A DNA stretch of 64,000 nucleotides from Lingula anatina (lineage: Eukaryota > Animalia > Brachiopoda), in assembly GCA_051362555.1 (NCBI GenBank), contig CM120641.1:40058401-40122400 (forward strand). Direction: 5' to 3'. Every line of letters starts with the position of its first letter. The first letter of the stretch is position 1. Below are positions 60,801 to 64,000 of this stretch, piece after piece. Made by a program: the position numbers and the translations under genes. Under the pieces are notes generated by a model. It was not told the DNA's origin. It saw only the letters and a program-made list of their open reading frames with translations, and searched no databases.

Positions 60801-63800
60801 AAGCAACTGAAAAGGTAAGGCATTCAATTTTTGATTACAAGGTTTCTTGGATAATTTTTTGTGTTGGCTATTGATTGCATCCTTAATTTTTTATTTGGTT
60901 CCGTCACTGTAAAACATATTTGTTGCTTATTCTAAATTGGGAAGCAACATCATGAACTTGAAATTTGGAGCTGTAGCGGATTTTCTTATTATGTTCATTG
61001 TTTATTTCAACTTTAATGAATACCTAAATGAACCACTGCATATTTTGAATTACGGCTTCATATATAGCTGCAATATCAGCACCAGTTGTGCATTATACAT
61101 TTATTATTTAGATCATGTAGGGCCTAAACAGTATACAAAAAAACACATTGATTTTAAGAGCCAGGCCATTTACATCTGAATCAAAATTTTAACCTGAACA
61201 TGAACATGGCATGCAAGCCTCATTCTACAAAATGAAAGGTAAATTACCTCAGATATGACCAAATAACATGCACAACACATATTCATCACCATAGTAACCT
61301 CTTTCTATGAAGATTCATGGTGTGTATACAACCCATGTATACAAGGACTCATATGTTATAGAACTCATACAGGCCTTAGTTTTCAATACCTGAGATACCC
61401 ACACAACTTTGCTAGCAACTGGTTACCATGGTGATATAGATGAACATGCAAAACTAAACACAAGAGACCCAACCACCTCTCTGGCTGATCATGCATGCAA
61501 AGGTTGTGCAAATTAAAAGCCAACACGTCTGCTTCTTCAGTAAACAACACTATAGTCTTCTTTGGTCAAAGCAGCATAACACCCTTACTTGAAAAAGACT
61601 AACTCCGTAATGCTAAATACAAACAAAAAATATGCAAAAAAATAATTCTTAATTAAAAGAACTATAATATTTGGAGAAAAGAAATATGTAAGAATAAAAT
61701 GTGTATTGAAACAGCAACAAATTTGCAATATGTACCATGATTTTTTTTCAATTAGCAGTATTTTTAGCAACAAAACACTATTTTAAATCAGTTTGAAAGG
61801 TTTCTATGTTGGTCTCAGTCTGCTAAATGTTGCATGGCCAACAGTCACAGGCAAACACAGAATCAAAGAGTGCTGACGTAAATGAACATAAAATCAATGA
61901 ACAAGAGGATGATTAGGAGACAGGTGACCTATAGTGGGAAGCAACTATGACATCAAGGGAAGCACCAAATGATACTGTTTGTTTTCTTTTGAAACTGAGA
62001 TGGAAAAGGATCATGTTCATAAAAGGGACACCAACTCTGTAGATGGGAAACCATTACTGCACATTTGTGGCTAGCTTTGCTGAAGGTCTACACCTGAAAT
62101 ACAGCTTAGTGAGAATGCATGCCAAAAACGTGAATACACTGCTAGAAAATAAAGAGCATGACAAAATAAGTACATTGATAAGGTAGTGATCAATAGCAAG
62201 AGGTGGGTGGAACAAGAGGGTCAGGTGTAAGCTGATTTGTCAATTAACCAAATATTATATATACACACATGTGAAATGAAATACAGACTTTTATTAAAAA
62301 AATAAATGAAACAAAATTAATGTTTGGTCAGAAACTGAGTTAACATTCTTCAATCACTTTCATGCTACATTATGTCTACGCATATGGTGCTTTCCGAAAG
62401 AAGTAATTTAGACAAATTCTCAACCCTCCCTCATTTTACAAATAGTTCAAACTGATTGATAAGTTCAATAGCATAGACAATGTTGGAATAATTGAACTCG
62501 ATTGTTTAAATCCAATGGAGACCTCTGAAATCCCATTTCGATTCTCATCATCCAAATATTCAACTCGCACCCATTACTTCATTATGACATAAAAAAAGGA
62601 AAATGTGCACAGACACCAGCCCTAGCACAATAGCTTTACACTAAATGTGTTATCCACAGAAGAAGGAATCTTGGCAGGTTATAGAATGCTTCACAAAAAA
62701 TTCTCAACTCATTTCAGTCTTTTTTTTTTTCAATTACAGATAGCTCAATAAGGCTGCCCATTAAGTATTCCCAATACAAAAGAATGAACCAGTTATGAAA
62801 AATTAAGCATCCCGATTGTTTGCTTTGGATTCACAGCCAATCATCAGTTATCAAAATAATGCTTTCAAAGGAAGCAAAAAGTACCACAAAATGCATCAGT
62901 ATTCAAGCCTTTTCATTAACTTTACTAACACTGAACAAATCTGTAAATCTACAGAGACCATACAAACACTCTGGTTACTGTTAAATTATTGTAAATGTTT
63001 ATAATTTTCTCATTTTTTTGACAAAAACAGCACTGACATCGGTCTACTACATAACAGGGGCAGATTATGTAAGAATTAATGTCTTTATAAAATGCTCTCC
63101 TACAGCTTCATATCCCATCATGTGGGTTATTTGATCTGACATATTCACTGATGGCTTGTCATTTTCCCAGTAGAATGTATGGGATGCTCCATTAATTAGT
63201 AAGTCACAATATGGGCACTTCGTGCAAGATGAATATGCAAACGGCCTCTTCAATACAGAAGCACTTTATATGCTTTTTTTCATTGTGGTGCAACTTTGAG
63301 ATTAAGTAGGGTTTTGTGCTGTTCAACTGTAAATTAAAAAAATATCAAAGTACAAAAATATTATGTAAATTAGACTGCATTTTTCATCGATACACTCAAA
63401 GCCAAACTAAGCTGATAAATGCATTACTGCCTCATCATGCATGAACTGCCACAAATGAAAATGAAACAAAGAAAATGTATATCCAATATGAAATATTCAG
63501 TTATTTTTGGAGAATCCAATGATCTCATTGCCAAACTGTTACCCCAAATGCCTGTATCATGCATCCTCAATATGGCAGGGAAAAGTTTGCAATTCAATAA
63601 TGTGCGATATACCTCTGACAGTTTTTTTTTTCTTTTTATCATGTGGGGGCTTCAATTGACTTTTTTCCTGATGGTGATGCTCTAAATGAATCATCCAAAG
63701 AGTTTTTCCAGTGGAAAAAGTTTTCACAGGATAACAAACTTGGTAGTTCATGGGAACATGAAAATTTAACAATTGCTAATAGTATGTGCAGTCCTTAGGG

Positions 63801-64000
63801 TATAACAGCAATGTCTGATTCTACATTTAGTCAGATATGGACAGAATAAAATCCTTATATTATATATCTTTGCTGTCAATTTAAAAGAAAAAAAAACATT
63901 TTTGCTATTAAACATTTTCTTGGATATTTCTGTATGTGGTGATGTCGTCTATATTATCATTACTGTTAATTAATAACCCCTATTAATCTAAATTCATTTC

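Noticed and set aside
57899-64000. Upstream Cav3 exons (N-terminus, DI S1-S3)
   Set aside because: No WNRLD or S1/S2-like coding segment with splice sites was found; they presumably lie beyond the window

Overview
AT-rich animal genomic DNA. It is probably from a mollusc or other lophotrochozoan; this is inferred from the exon 12a/12b architecture and cannot be fixed from the sequence alone. Most of the window (57,898 to 8,852, minus strand) is a multi-exon T-type voltage-gated calcium channel gene (Cav3, CACNA1G/H/I family). I reconstructed 32 GT-AG exons by hand, running from domain I S3 to the stop codon. They total 6,895 nt with exon 12b, stay in one frame, and give the EEDD selectivity filter. 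The 5' exons lie beyond the right edge. The gene carries two mutually exclusive domain II turret exons: tri-Cys 12a (DRK) and penta-Cys 12b (ERM), the known Na+/Ca2+ permeability switch. It also has several frame-preserving candidate alternative exons that the ORF track does not reveal as exons: a 33-nt acidic microexon right after IVS6, an 18/12-nt microexon, a 129-nt cassette with a JNK-type docking motif, and an alternative acceptor that duplicates the IITHT motif. The protein ends in a class I PDZ ligand (ESEV). About 7.6 kb downstream on the same strand is coding exon 1 of a Caskin-like gene, with a CRE/ETS promoter. The remainder is intronic or intergenic and contains a Helentron-associated (HINE/pearl-like) element with ~145-bp internal repeats, several foldback MITEs, a local duplication with nested insertions, and microsatellites. 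All coordinates were counted by eye and may be off by a few bases.
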